DNA of 64,000 nt from Acidobacteriota bacterium (lineage in GTDB: Bacteria > Acidobacteriota > CAIWXX01): the NCBI GenBank assembly GCA_040755995.1, contig JBFMAF010000010.1, positions 256,001 to 320,000 of the forward strand, in the 5' to 3' direction. A program made the position numbers and the translations under genes. Each line of letters opens with the position of its first letter. Positions within the stretch are counted from its first letter, which is position 1. Below are positions 38,281 to 49,611 of the stretch, piece after piece. The notes beneath the pieces are model-generated. The model saw only the letters and a program-made list of their open reading frames with translations, searched no databases and had not been told where the DNA came from.

Positions 38281-38637
38281 ATGAAGAGAGCCGGAATGGG
38301 TCGCCGCGCCCTGCTCACCGCTGCTGCAGCCTCTGCGGGCATGCTGCTGGCCTTGACGGCTGTTCCTGCAGCGGATGCGCCGCAGAAGCGGCACGATCGT
38401 GCGCCTGGTAGCACCGAAGACGTGACCGTAGTCCCCTCGTTGTCGTTCAAGGGGTTCTTGGTGCCGAGCTCAGCCACCGTGACCGTGAAGGTCATGAACG
38501 GAAACAAGCCGGTGAAGGGCAGACCGGTGAGCTTCATGATCTACCAGGGTCCCCACATCAACACTCCCAAGTTGTCGACGAAGACCGGTAGCGACGGGAC
38601 GGCAAGCTACGAGATCAGCTTCTTCGCGCCGTCATGA
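38281..38637 (+). CDS. Small secreted protein with Ig-like (Big_1-type) segment
   Basis: AAGGAAAGGGGAG RBS, signal peptide, TVTVKV..KPVKGRPVSF..TGSDGTASY. Confidence 0.6.
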   Translation: MKRAGMGRRALLTAAAASAGMLLALTAVPAADAPQKRHDRAPGSTEDVTVVPSLSFKGFLVPSSATVTVKVMNGNKPVKGRPVSFMIYQGPHINTPKLSTKTGSDGTASYEISFFAPS

Positions 38638-38739
38638 GTCCGATTCCGCGCTGAGCTCCATGGGAGACGGAAGAGGGCGAGACGAGCACATGGGAGGTCG
38701 TCACGTCGTTCGAGCCCCTGACAGGCATCGGTGCCAGGC

Positions 38740-39633
38740 ATGAGTGATCAACCGTCGATTTCCGTCGAAGACTGCACGATCTTCCTGAAGACGCTGAGCT
38801 TCGACGCCGAACCGGGACTTGCGCTGGAGATCGTCGACCGCTGGCGCGATGGGGACCGGGTGAATGTGCGCATGCGCCACCCCAAGAGTCGTGCGTGCGG
38901 GCGTTTCTCCGTTCAACAGGCGTTCTCCTCGGCTGGCCGAAGGTACCTGGTCCTCCATACGTGGCGGACGCAGTTCACGGGCGGCGCCGACATCCTTGTC
39001 GCCCTCCCCGATCCGAACCATGCGGCGACACTCGTCCCCGAAGAGTATCGAGAGCTTTCAAAGCAGGTGGCATGCATGCCGGTCAACGACGATTTCGGCA
39101 GGCTTGCCGAGTACCTCGGGGAGATACCCGATCTGACTGAGCAGATCCGATCTCGCGAGGAGTTTCTGTCCAGAGATCTGACGGCCGAGATCTGCCTTCC
39201 TTGCGAGCCGGTGTCGCCCGGGAGCCTCTTCACGATCGCCGGCAAGCGCCAGCACGAGGGGTGCGTCTTTCTGACGCTCAGGGCCGCGGGCGGCGAATCG
39301 CACACAGATCCACTACTCCTGGAGTTCCTTGCCCGCACGAACCGGCCAGCCGTTTCGACTCAGGATTTCCGCCTGCACTGGATAGCAGAGGTCCACAAAG
39401 ACACCTTCGTTGTGCTCAGCTATCCGCCCGAGCTCGTGGCCGATTCCGATGAACGCCCCCTGATGGTTCTCAGACTGGTTGACGAGCGCACAATGGCGGT
39501 GCTCACCCCGATGGAGTTCGCGGAAGTACGTTTGATCCTGATCGACTGGCTGAGCGTGCGTGACGAGACCAGAGCGACCGAGGCCGACGAGTACCTCGGC
39601 TTCATTCCCGCGCCTCACGGGCGGTCGGCCTAG
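38740..39633 (+). CDS. Hypothetical protein with two internally repeated halves
   Basis: Both halves end (A/D)EYLG-x-IP. Confidence 0.55.
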   Translation: MSDQPSISVEDCTIFLKTLSFDAEPGLALEIVDRWRDGDRVNVRMRHPKSRACGRFSVQQAFSSAGRRYLVLHTWRTQFTGGADILVALPDPNHAATLVPEEYRELSKQVACMPVNDDFGRLAEYLGEIPDLTEQIRSREEFLSRDLTAEICLPCEPVSPGSLFTIAGKRQHEGCVFLTLRAAGGESHTDPLLLEFLARTNRPAVSTQDFRLHWIAEVHKDTFVVLSYPPELVADSDERPLMVLRLVDERTMAVLTPMEFAEVRLILIDWLSVRDETRATEADEYLGFIPAPHGRSA

Positions 39634-39650
39634 GCTCCTGAGGGCCACAC

Positions 39651-40574
39651 ATGAGCGCAGAGATCGCGGCCAGGGTCGAGAACGCGATCGCTCTCTGGTG
39701 GGAGCGAGGGGACGCAGATCCCGTGCTGCCGGATCTCATCCTGGGGCTCTCCGACCCTCTGGCACGACCGCGCGCGCTGCGTGGGCTGCGTCTGCTCGGT
39801 CCATCCGCTGCGCCGGCGCTGCCAGCGCTATGCCAGTGCCTGACGTGTGCTTCGGCCGAAGATGCGCCAGCGATCTCCTGCACGATGGCTGTCGTCTGCC
39901 CGGACCATCCGGTGGTGCTCGATCGGCTCGCCCACGGAACGGAGGAGGAACGCTTCCGCGTGCTGCTGGCTCTGGGCGAGGCCGGTGAGGCGGCGCGGGG
40001 AGCAGAGACAGCCATCCGAGCCGCAACCCGCGATCCGTCGCCACAGGTGCGTTGGCAGGCGGCGACAACGCTCTGGTCGGTCGCGCGTCGAGCCGACATA
40101 GTCTTCACACTTCTCCGGCGCGAACCCTTTCTCGAAATCCTCTACGATGACCGCGAACACGAGCTCTATGGCGCCTCGTGGCCGAGCCTGCGCAAGATGT
40201 GGCCCTGGTTCGTCGGCCTCATCGCCGAGATCGTCGCGAGCCACCGGAGGTACCTGGACGACCTCCGGCACGGGCTCGAGGGTCGTGGTCTGGTCGAGTG
40301 CCTCAACGCCTGCCGAGTGATCTACCTTGTGGATGGCAGAGACAGCAGTCTCGTCGACCCCATCCGGCGGGTGCTCTTGAACGTTTCGAGCTTCCAGGCC
40401 TTCGTGGCGAGCTGCGAGATGCTCGCCGCCTTGGGCCCTACGGCGCGCAGTGCCGTCGATGTGCTCGAGCGCCTTGCCGTCCCAGTGCCGCCGCTCTGGC
40501 GGGATTATGCAGATCGCGCGCTGATCGCTATTCGAGGGGGCTCCGGCGCCGCGCCCGATTATGGCGCGGGGTGA
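39651..40574 (+). CDS. HEAT-repeat protein
   Basis: ALRGLRLLGPSAAPALPAL, LALGEAG, DPSPQVRWQAA, LAALGPTARSAV. Confidence 0.65.
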   Translation: MSAEIAARVENAIALWWERGDADPVLPDLILGLSDPLARPRALRGLRLLGPSAAPALPALCQCLTCASAEDAPAISCTMAVVCPDHPVVLDRLAHGTEEERFRVLLALGEAGEAARGAETAIRAATRDPSPQVRWQAATTLWSVARRADIVFTLLRREPFLEILYDDREHELYGASWPSLRKMWPWFVGLIAEIVASHRRYLDDLRHGLEGRGLVECLNACRVIYLVDGRDSSLVDPIRRVLLNVSSFQAFVASCEMLAALGPTARSAVDVLERLAVPVPPLWRDYADRALIAIRGGSGAAPDYGAG

Positions 40575-40779
40575 CGGAACCGAGTCCCTGGAGATCGCTG
40601 GCCGCGACAAGTGTTCGCACGCAGCGCCCCCGCCCCGTCTCGCTCACATATGGCGTACCTGGACGGTCGGGCCTGCCACACCGTCGAGATTCTCGGCGCA
40701 CGCCTGCGGCTCGGATGTCGAATAGTCTGTCTACCTGCCATCAGGCCTCCTCCCGGATCGAAATACGAATTCGTGTGAC

Positions 40780-40809
40780 TTGAAAATACTCCGAAGATGT
40801 TCCTATACT
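40780..40809 (+). promoter_or_regulatory. Sigma70-like promoter for the kinase gene
   Basis: TTGAAA, 18 bp, TATACT. Confidence 0.45.
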
Positions 40810-40869
40810 TCAATCCGGAAGCAGAGTGACTATGAGGGGAGTTCCGCGCTTCATGGTACCGGTGCGGCG

Positions 40870-43401
40870 ATGACCGGCCGCATCATCTCGCACTTCGAGA
40901 TCCTCGACCAACTCGGGCGGGGCGGCATGGGGATCGTTTACCGGGCGCGCGATCTTACCCTCGATCGCGAGGTGGCGCTCAAGTTCCTTCCGCCTCACGC
41001 CGCGGGAAGCCCTGAGGAGCGACAGCGCCTGCTCCGCGAGGCGCGCACGGCCTCGCGCCTGGATCATCCGAACGTGTGCACGATCTACGAGGTCGGCGAG
41101 TCAGAGGCCGGCGAGCTGTTCGTGGCCATGCCGCGGTACGAGGGAGAGACTTTGGCCGAGATGCTCGTGAGCGGTCCGCTGCACCCGGCCGTGGCGCTGG
41201 ACCTCACTCGGCAGGCGGCCGACGGGCTCGCTGCGGCGCACGAGCGCGGTATCGTGCATCGCGATATCAAGCCGGCCAATCTGTTCCTGACGCGCGGTGG
41301 TCGTCTGAAAGTGCTCGACTTTGGCCTTGCCCGCAGCGTCGATCTGGTTCGCCTGACGCAAGATGGGGTACTTGCCGGCACTCCGATCTACATGGCGCCG
41401 GAACAGCTGCGCGGAGAGGAGGCCGATGCCAGCTCTGACTTGTGGGCACTCGGCGTGGTTCTCTACGAACTGATAGCAGGGAAGCCGCCCTTCGCCGGCG
41501 ACCTCGCCGGGATCGTGCAGCGTATTCTGGCCGCCCCCACTCCGCCGCTGCCCGCGCACGCGGAGTTCTCCGTGCGGCCATCAGTCGAGGCCCTGCTGGC
41601 CCGACTGCTTGCCAAAGAGCGTCACGACCGGCCGTCATCCGCGGCCGACGTGTCGCGCGATCTGGCCCATCTGCATGCCGAGAGCTCCGCGAGCGACGCA
41701 TGCACCTTCGCGTCCGACGATCGACCGACGAGCCTGCTCGCGATGCAACCGGTGCCTGCGAAGCTTGCGATTGCCGTGCTCGATTTCGCGAATACCGGCC
41801 CCCAGACCGATCTCGATTGGCTCTCAGCAGGTCTCGCGGACAGCCTCGCGGCGCGTCTTGATCGACTGCCGGGCCTGCACATGGTGCCGCGTCCTCTGAC
41901 CCGCCAACGCGCCACCGCAGCAGCCGGCGATCGCGCCGCCCTCACCAAGATCCTGAGTGCCCGCTGGCTGTTCGCCGGCACATTTCTGCGCCTCGGGCTG
42001 GGACTGCGGCTGGAAGGAGAGCTGCTCGATGCCGCCACCGGGAAGACCTCCTCTCTCGCGCCGGTCGACGGCCTCGTCGAGGAGGTGTTCTCGCTCCAGG
42101 ATCGCCTGCTGCAGCAGATCCTGGTGCTGCTGGCCATCGAACCCAGCGACTCCCAGCGAGGCCGCCTGGCGACGGCCCCCACCGAGGATCTCGCCGCCTT
42201 CGAGTGTTTCGCTCGCGCCCGCTGCCTGATCCATGAAATGGGGCCGCGCGCCTTCGCGCAGGCACAGCCTTTCCTGGAGCGCGCTGTGGCGCTTGATCCC
42301 GACTATGCTCTGGCTCACTCCGGCCTCGGCCAGCTCCGGCTGATGCGCTTCATTGCCACCACGGACCCTGAGGATCTGGCAGCAGGTTCGCGGCACCTCG
42401 AGCGAGCCGCCGAGCTCGATCCAGAGCTCGGCGAGCCCTGGGCCTGGCTGGCCTATGCACGGGCCCGCACTGGTGAGTTCGCCGCTGCCCGCGAGGCTGG
42501 CCGGAGGGCCGTCGCGGCCGAGCCCGAGAACCCGTTTGCCCACTACTTATCGGGCGTTGCGGGCTGGCTCGCGGCGTCCATCGGCGGAGATGGCGAGGCC
42601 TGGCCTGAAGCGGCGGCTGGATTCGCGCACACCATCAGACTGGCACCTCGCTATCCGGCGGCTTCGCAGATGATGGGCCTCGTACACATGGCACAGGGCG
42701 ACTACGACCGCGGCGAGCCCATGCTGCGCCGGGCGGCGGAGATCGAGGCCTCCGAAGACTTCGAGTTCGCCCGTTTCGTCGGCGCGGCCGTGCTGCTCGG
42801 CTGGGCGCGCCTGCGGCGCGGAGCGCGGCAGGAGGCGGCCGATCTACTGCGCGCTGCCGCTGCAACCCTCTCCACAAGCGAGCACGTCTACGCTCCGGCC
42901 CACCTCGCGCTGGCGCGGATCGGTCTCGGAGAGTTGGCGCTGCGCGAACGACGCCCTGACGAGGCCATATCGGCCTTCCGCCAGGCCGCGGCCGGTATCG
43001 AAGAAAGGCCGCGGGTGCTCGGCGGCGGATGGATTCTCCTGCGCGCCCGCCTGGGGCTCTCACGGGCCTTTCGGAAGCTCGGAATGCCGCGAGAGGCCGA
43101 GCGGTTGCGCGCAGAGGTCTTGGCGTTGCGCTCCACGCGCCAGGGATTCGATTTCAGCGGAATCTGGGAAGGCAGCGAGGCCGACCTCGATGTCGAGCTG
43201 GCCGTGGCCTCGGCTGCCGCCCGCCGCGCGCCAGAGGCGCTCGGCCTCCTCTCTCAGGCCGTCGCACGCGGCTTCGCCGACATCGTTCATCTGGCGGACG
43301 AGCCGGCCCTGAAAGAGATCGCCGGTGACCCGGAAATGGTCCGGCTAAGAGAGATCGTCACGCCGCGCGCGACGGCCTGGCGTGCGATCGAGCGATTCTG
43401 A
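40870..43401 (+). CDS. Ser/Thr protein kinase with TolB-like and TPR domains
   Basis: GRGGMGIVY, VALK, HRDIKPAN, DFG, GTPIYMAPE, DLWALG; IAVLDFAN TolB-like segment; TPRs (ALDPDYALAH). Confidence 0.93.
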   Translation: MTGRIISHFEILDQLGRGGMGIVYRARDLTLDREVALKFLPPHAAGSPEERQRLLREARTASRLDHPNVCTIYEVGESEAGELFVAMPRYEGETLAEMLVSGPLHPAVALDLTRQAADGLAAAHERGIVHRDIKPANLFLTRGGRLKVLDFGLARSVDLVRLTQDGVLAGTPIYMAPEQLRGEEADASSDLWALGVVLYELIAGKPPFAGDLAGIVQRILAAPTPPLPAHAEFSVRPSVEALLARLLAKERHDRPSSAADVSRDLAHLHAESSASDACTFASDDRPTSLLAMQPVPAKLAIAVLDFANTGPQTDLDWLSAGLADSLAARLDRLPGLHMVPRPLTRQRATAAAGDRAALTKILSARWLFAGTFLRLGLGLRLEGELLDAATGKTSSLAPVDGLVEEVFSLQDRLLQQILVLLAIEPSDSQRGRLATAPTEDLAAFECFARARCLIHEMGPRAFAQAQPFLERAVALDPDYALAHSGLGQLRLMRFIATTDPEDLAAGSRHLERAAELDPELGEPWAWLAYARARTGEFAAAREAGRRAVAAEPENPFAHYLSGVAGWLAASIGGDGEAWPEAAAGFAHTIRLAPRYPAASQMMGLVHMAQGDYDRGEPMLRRAAEIEASEDFEFARFVGAAVLLGWARLRRGARQEAADLLRAAAATLSTSEHVYAPAHLALARIGLGELALRERRPDEAISAFRQAAAGIEERPRVLGGGWILLRARLGLSRAFRKLGMPREAERLRAEVLALRSTRQGFDFSGIWEGSEADLDVELAVASAAARRAPEALGLLSQAVARGFADIVHLADEPALKEIAGDPEMVRLREIVTPRATAWRAIERF

Positions 43402-43762
43402 GTACGGTCCGGCGGCGCGCGTGCGGAAAGTCCGAGGAAGCCCTTGGATGCGGCTCTCACTCTGAACAGACCGGACTGCACGATCTGAACGAGGAGAGTC
43501 GGAGGCCAGCCACCCGGCTCCACCCCATGTAAGCCTCCGCATCCGCGGAAAACCTGCGCCAGAACGGATGTGCAGTGATTCCCACGGGCTGGTTGTCTTG
43601 CCGCGCTGCGAGCTTCAGCTGTTCGTGAAGCGTGATGTTTCGCAGCCGTGGTCGCCTTTCCGATTTGACTCATCGGCCGGTGCGGGCGTAGTCTTCCACA
43701 GACTTCAAGGTGCGAACTGATGGTTGCGGCTCTCTGAAGAGGAAAAAGCGGGAGGACTTCTC

Positions 43763-44488
43763 ATGGTGCGAACAATCTCCGCAGTCGTGACACTCGCGAT
43801 CCTGATTGCATCCGGGGCCGGGCTTGTGGCTGCCCAGACCCCTGCAAGCGGCGAGGTGCCGCTGCTCCAATTGCCCGACCAGGAGCGCGTCGAGAAATGC
43901 AAGCAGATCATCCTCAGTCGCGTGACACGAGACAAAGTCACATTCCGTGGCGACAAACCGGGACAGATGCGCATACGCTGGGAATGGTACGACAAGATCG
44001 TCAAGAACTACATTTTTGAGAAGACAATGCTGCTGAGAGAATTGTCGGCCAACGAGAAGCACCAGCTTCGCCCCGAATGGGCCTACAAGGGGATGAAGGT
44101 GACGTTCCAGGAGCTCTTTCAGCTCGGCCCAAATGATGATGACAAGCTTCTACCGATCCTCTCACACCAGGCCCTTCTGAACATGATCCCGAAGGCGAGT
44201 CTCCAAGGAGTCACGCTTCTCGGCAAGCAGGGTGAACTAAAGGGGCCATTCACGCGCAAGTACAAGGTCCCCAGCATCTACCTGACGAACGTCTATGAGA
44301 CGAAGATCGAGTATCGCGCGAGCAACGGCTCGCTCGCGACGGCCTTCGGCCTGTCCTACGACGCGTTCACGCTCCGATGGAAGGACATCAAGGACCGCGT
44401 GGTGGATGAGGTGTCGGATGCCAAGGAGATCGAGGACCTGCAGATGGTCCGGGATGCCGAGAACCCGGCCGGGGCAGACAGGGATTAG
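43763..44488 (+). CDS. Hypothetical secreted protein
   Basis: GGAGGA RBS, signal peptide, 241-aa ORF. Confidence 0.7.
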   Translation: MVRTISAVVTLAILIASGAGLVAAQTPASGEVPLLQLPDQERVEKCKQIILSRVTRDKVTFRGDKPGQMRIRWEWYDKIVKNYIFEKTMLLRELSANEKHQLRPEWAYKGMKVTFQELFQLGPNDDDKLLPILSHQALLNMIPKASLQGVTLLGKQGELKGPFTRKYKVPSIYLTNVYETKIEYRASNGSLATAFGLSYDAFTLRWKDIKDRVVDEVSDAKEIEDLQMVRDAENPAGADRD

Positions 44489-44534
44489 GCCCCAACCCCG
44501 TGGACCGGTGTAGCCCGAAGGGATCCGTTCACGT

Positions 44535-45764
44535 TCACGGATCCGATGAGGCTGCTGACGGCTCACGGGAACCCCACTGCACGTACGGGATGGCGAGTGC
44601 CATCAGCACCGGCATCACAACTTCCGAATCGCCGAAGTTGTAATCGAACATACCTGCCACGAGGAAGCTGACGACGGCGGCGAGAGAGGCGTCCAGCAGC
44701 GGAGGCGCACGCGCTCCGGCCGGAGCGCGGCGCAGCAGGGATATCACCCGGCCGAAGTACGCACCGAACATAAGGCACCAGAAGAAGAGGGCGAACAGAC
44801 CGCGTTCTGCCCCCAGATGCACGACGTTGTTGTGCAGATGCGGACTGACCCTCGGGAACGCACCGGGCATCATGTACAGCACATAGGCCCGGCTGACCAT
44901 GTTTGGGCCGAGCCCGAACAGAGGATGATCGCGAATCATCAGGACGCCGCTTCGCACCATATCGATCCGGTCGCGATTGCTCTCGTCACGCAGCGAGACG
45001 ATCGACACCATCCGGGTGAACACATTGAGCGGTGCGAGCACGAGCAGGAAGAGCAGGATTCCGGGAACGCCGAGCAGATACCAGGGCTTCTTCCTCAGCA
45101 GGAGAGCAGCGAGTCCGGCGAGCATTCCGACCCACGCGCCTCGGACGTAGCTCAGCACGACAGCTGCCGTAGACGCGACGGCGACCCCGGCTGCGGCCAG
45201 CCGCCTCGCCAGCGTACCCGGCTCCGTGACGAGCGCGAATGCGAAAGACGCGATCACCATCATGAACTGGCCGTACGTCATGTAGATGCTGAAGAACCCG
45301 CGCGCGCGGCCTTCGAGCCCGGCCGCACCGAGCTGAAAGAAGTACTGGTAGATCCCGAATCCTGCCGCGATGAGGCTCGAGACAGCCAGGGCGGCGAGGA
45401 ACACGCGCCAGCGTCTGGCCGTGTCGAGAAACGCCAGGATCGTGAACGGGAGAAGCACCAGAAGCAGGCTCTTGCAGTCGACAAGGCTTTCGACGGGGCT
45501 CGGCGAGAGAGCCGCCGACACGAGCGAGCAAACGGCGAAACCGCCCGCGCCGGCTCCAAGCCACCGTACTCCGGCAGAGCGCAGCCGTCGCATGGCAGCG
45601 CCGATGTCCACGAGGAAGGCGATCAGCGCCACGATCAGACACGACTGGCTGGCGAAGATCGAGATGGGCGCGGCCAGCGCGTATCCGACCAGCGCCAGGA
45701 ACCCCACCTGCGAAGGCCTGGACCGGACGCCTTCGGCAGTCACCGGAGCCATACTGCGCGACAT
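44535..45764 (-). CDS. O-antigen ligase family protein (Wzy_C)
   Basis: Multi-TM; GRARGFF, SYVRGAWVG, SNRDR, HPLFGLG, HLHN, ERG motifs. Confidence 0.85.
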   Translation of the reverse strand: MSRSMAPVTAEGVRSRPSQVGFLALVGYALAAPISIFASQSCLIVALIAFLVDIGAAMRRLRSAGVRWLGAGAGGFAVCSLVSAALSPSPVESLVDCKSLLLVLLPFTILAFLDTARRWRVFLAALAVSSLIAAGFGIYQYFFQLGAAGLEGRARGFFSIYMTYGQFMMVIASFAFALVTEPGTLARRLAAAGVAVASTAAVVLSYVRGAWVGMLAGLAALLLRKKPWYLLGVPGILLFLLVLAPLNVFTRMVSIVSLRDESNRDRIDMVRSGVLMIRDHPLFGLGPNMVSRAYVLYMMPGAFPRVSPHLHNNVVHLGAERGLFALFFWCLMFGAYFGRVISLLRRAPAGARAPPLLDASLAAVVSFLVAGMFDYNFGDSEVVMPVLMALAIPYVQWGSREPSAASSDP

Positions 45765-45791
45765 AAGTCGCGCGGTATGCGGGTGGGGGTT

Positions 45792-45962
45792 CCGGGGGAG
45801 GCCTCGCGCGGAGGCATCCCCCGGTGGGGTACGCGGGGAGGGCTCAGGCCTTGCGCGGCCCTCCGGCCGCATATGCAAGGCCTGAGGCCATCCCCGCGAA
45901 TACGGCGCGTCATACACTGCGTCGGCTCCTTGAACCTGCAGTGGACCTATGACGCGCCGTAT
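45792..45962. repeat. Three consecutive GC-rich hairpins (REP/MITE-like or structured RNA)
   Basis: Stems 45792-45824, 45832-45898 and 45900-45962 (the last has a perfect 15-bp arm). Confidence 0.7.
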
Positions 45963-46001
45963 GCCACCTGCTCAGCGTCGAGCGCTTCGACCGGTCACCC
46001 C

Positions 46002-47318
<1,317 letters not shown>

Positions 47319-47434
47319 TCATGGTTGACTTATCCTAGCATCTTGCGGCAGCGAATCAAAGCGCTTGACGACACGCGCACCTTCACTCCACTCTCACGGC
47401 ATCCTCCTCGCCTCCGTGAGCGTGGAGGTCGCTC

Positions 47435-49147
47435 TCACCTCAGCCAGAGCACGGCCATGCGGCCGTCGGTTTTTACGGTATCGCCCGTGGCATTCTGAGT
47501 CGCCCGCGGCACGGCGGGGCGGTCGACCAGGCTGTAGTCCGCGACCAGGCCGGTGAACAGGAGGTCGTTCAACACCTTCGCGCGCTCGTGATCCACCATC
47601 GAGTCGATTTTGTGATACCACTTCGTGCCGCTCCGCTCGGCCCTGATCCCAATATCATGAGTTCCTGCGCCAATCCAGACATCCCGCCCGTCATATGGCG
47701 CGTCGGCGTGCCAGATTCGGATATGGTGCCTCTTGGCGAAGGTGTTGTTCTGCTTCTGATAGACAATATCGGGATCGCGGCCGTTGAGTGTCAGCAGTGA
47801 GACGGGAGCTGCGCCATAGCCCCTGTTCTGCGCTGTCGCGATGAAGCTCTTGAGTCCCGACTTGAGGCCCAGCTTCGCGGCCTCGATCCAGCCGCCCGAC
47901 TCGAACGCGGCCACCAGCTGCTCGCGCGTCCCGATGAAGGCGAAATTCGTCAGGTCGGATGGCACGCCGTTCTTCGCCTGTACCCGCAGAGGCTGAGCGT
48001 TCACGAATTCGACCAGCGCCGGCGGAGCCGCGATCGGGGTCCAGACGGGCGAGCTCGGGAGCTCCGCCACCTTCTCCGGGATCAAGACCTTCAGCGTCAT
48101 GTCAACGCCCGGCTCATACACGATCTCCCGCGAGTATGTCCTACCGAATCCAAAGGTCGCTGCCTGGACAATCGGTCCCACAAGCGGCACGGCGTACCCG
48201 ATGCCGGATCCCACCATCCCGACCTTGCTCAGGACGCTGTTCGGGAAGGGGGCGCCGACAATCCAACCTGAGTGGACGGTCTCGCGCGAGTTGTCCACCT
48301 CCACAACCCGGGTAGCCAGCCGGGTCCGCTGCCCGTTCGCGTGAACCAGGTTGGCGAAATCGAGGAACATGACGGCCTGCTGGTACTTGTCCTTCGCTCT
48401 TCTCGCCAGCATCATCGAGCCCTCGACGGGAGTGCCCGGCGCCACCACCATCCGGTCCTCCACCATGACCGGCACAGTCACGACAGCTCGGGCCGGATCC
48501 CCCGGCCTGGACGAGTTGCTGGCTGCTCGAGTCGTAAGGCGGATCTGGATTTCGGTACCGCAGGGCAGGTCGGCAGCGAGGGCCGACCGCACCCCCTCGA
48601 TCTCGCCCGCTTCCGCCGCCGCAGCTACCTTGTCGAGGTAGTCGATCAACCGAAGCGTCTCATCTTGAGAGTGGCCGTTCTCTGCGCCGGCCTCGATCAG
48701 CGCATTCTGCAAGGCGTCAGAATTCGAGAAGCTCTGCCAGTCCAGAGGGGTGTTGCCATAGCGGTCCTCCGCGTTCACATCAGCTCCGGCTGCCAACAAC
48801 CTCTGCGTCAGATCTTCGAGATCGCGCCCGAAATCTCCCTTCCTCGTCGAGATGCCGTTGATGATTGCCCAGTGGAGCGGCGTCAGCCCTTCAGCGTCGC
48901 AGGTGCCGACGTCACCACCTGCCGACAGGATGTCCGACGCTTTCTCCAAATAGTCGGTCGCCTCGGAGTCCTTTGAAGCGCGCGACGCCTGCGTAAGCGT
49001 GCCGAGGAGCGCCGTCGACGGCGAGGTCTGCGCCGCCGCGACGGCGGCAGGCTGAGTGGCGGGAGCAGGTCCCGTGCTCTCTGCGGGATCGACTGGAGAC
49101 GCGCCGCCCAGGAACACTGCGAGAATGAGACTGACTGGTGGCTGCAT
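47435..49147 (-). CDS. Ankyrin-repeat plus LssY C-terminal domain exported protein
   Basis: GLTPLHWA, GADVNAEDRYGNTPL; middle beta domain; C-terminal YQKQNNTFAKRHHIRIW...THDIG (start uncertain). Confidence 0.75.
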   Translation of the reverse strand: MQPPVSLILAVFLGGASPVDPAESTGPAPATQPAAVAAAQTSPSTALLGTLTQASRASKDSEATDYLEKASDILSAGGDVGTCDAEGLTPLHWAIINGISTRKGDFGRDLEDLTQRLLAAGADVNAEDRYGNTPLDWQSFSNSDALQNALIEAGAENGHSQDETLRLIDYLDKVAAAAEAGEIEGVRSALAADLPCGTEIQIRLTTRAASNSSRPGDPARAVVTVPVMVEDRMVVAPGTPVEGSMMLARRAKDKYQQAVMFLDFANLVHANGQRTRLATRVVEVDNSRETVHSGWIVGAPFPNSVLSKVGMVGSGIGYAVPLVGPIVQAATFGFGRTYSREIVYEPGVDMTLKVLIPEKVAELPSSPVWTPIAAPPALVEFVNAQPLRVQAKNGVPSDLTNFAFIGTREQLVAAFESGGWIEAAKLGLKSGLKSFIATAQNRGYGAAPVSLLTLNGRDPDIVYQKQNNTFAKRHHIRIWHADAPYDGRDVWIGAGTHDIGIRAERSGTKWYHKIDSMVDHERAKVLNDLLFTGLVADYSLVDRPAVPRATQNATGDTVKTDGRMAVLWLR

Positions 49148-49265
49148 CTGAAGAACCCTCCTTCGTCCGCCCTCTGTCGCGCGATCTACCCCTGTGGTCC
49201 GCGCTTCGCCAGACGGCTTTGGGCGAAAAACGTGTTGCGATTGTTTGGAGCGGCGCGTCGCTGCC

Positions 49266-49297
49266 ACTCTCTACGCTCCCCTCTCTACTCTCTACGC
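49266..49297. repeat. Degenerate period-7 tract (ACTCTCT)
   Basis: actctct acgctcc cctctct actctct acgc. Confidence 0.55.
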
Positions 49298-49350
49298 GAG
49301 GCGCGGCCAAAGTGGTCGTGCACGCTTAACAGGTCCGAGGCCGCGCCTCG

Positions 49351-49611
49351 CTAACCGGAGCGCCGCCGACCCTTGAATGACGACAGCGGAACCGCCGCAG
49401 GCCCGGGGCCTTCGGCGGCGCGACGTTCGAGCGCCTCGATGTGTTCGAGCTCCGCTTCGATGAACGCGTTCACGGCGCGCAGGACGAGCTTCTTCGTCTC
49501 GAGAACGTTGCGGCGAGTCACGCCGCATTCTTCGAGCATCTCTGCTATGTAGCAGCAGTAGCGCTTGCCGTTGCGTGCGTTGCGCGTCGCCTTTCCATTA
49601 CTTCTGGGCAT
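49351..49611 (-). CDS. Small helical protein coupled to the ArsA/GET3 ATPase
   Basis: GGAGG RBS, 14-bp overlap with the ATPase gene, amphipathic helix LVLRAVNAFIEAELEHIE. Confidence 0.65.
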   Translation of the reverse strand: MPRSNGKATRNARNGKRYCCYIAEMLEECGVTRRNVLETKKLVLRAVNAFIEAELEHIEALERRAAEGPGPAAVPLSSFKGRRRSG

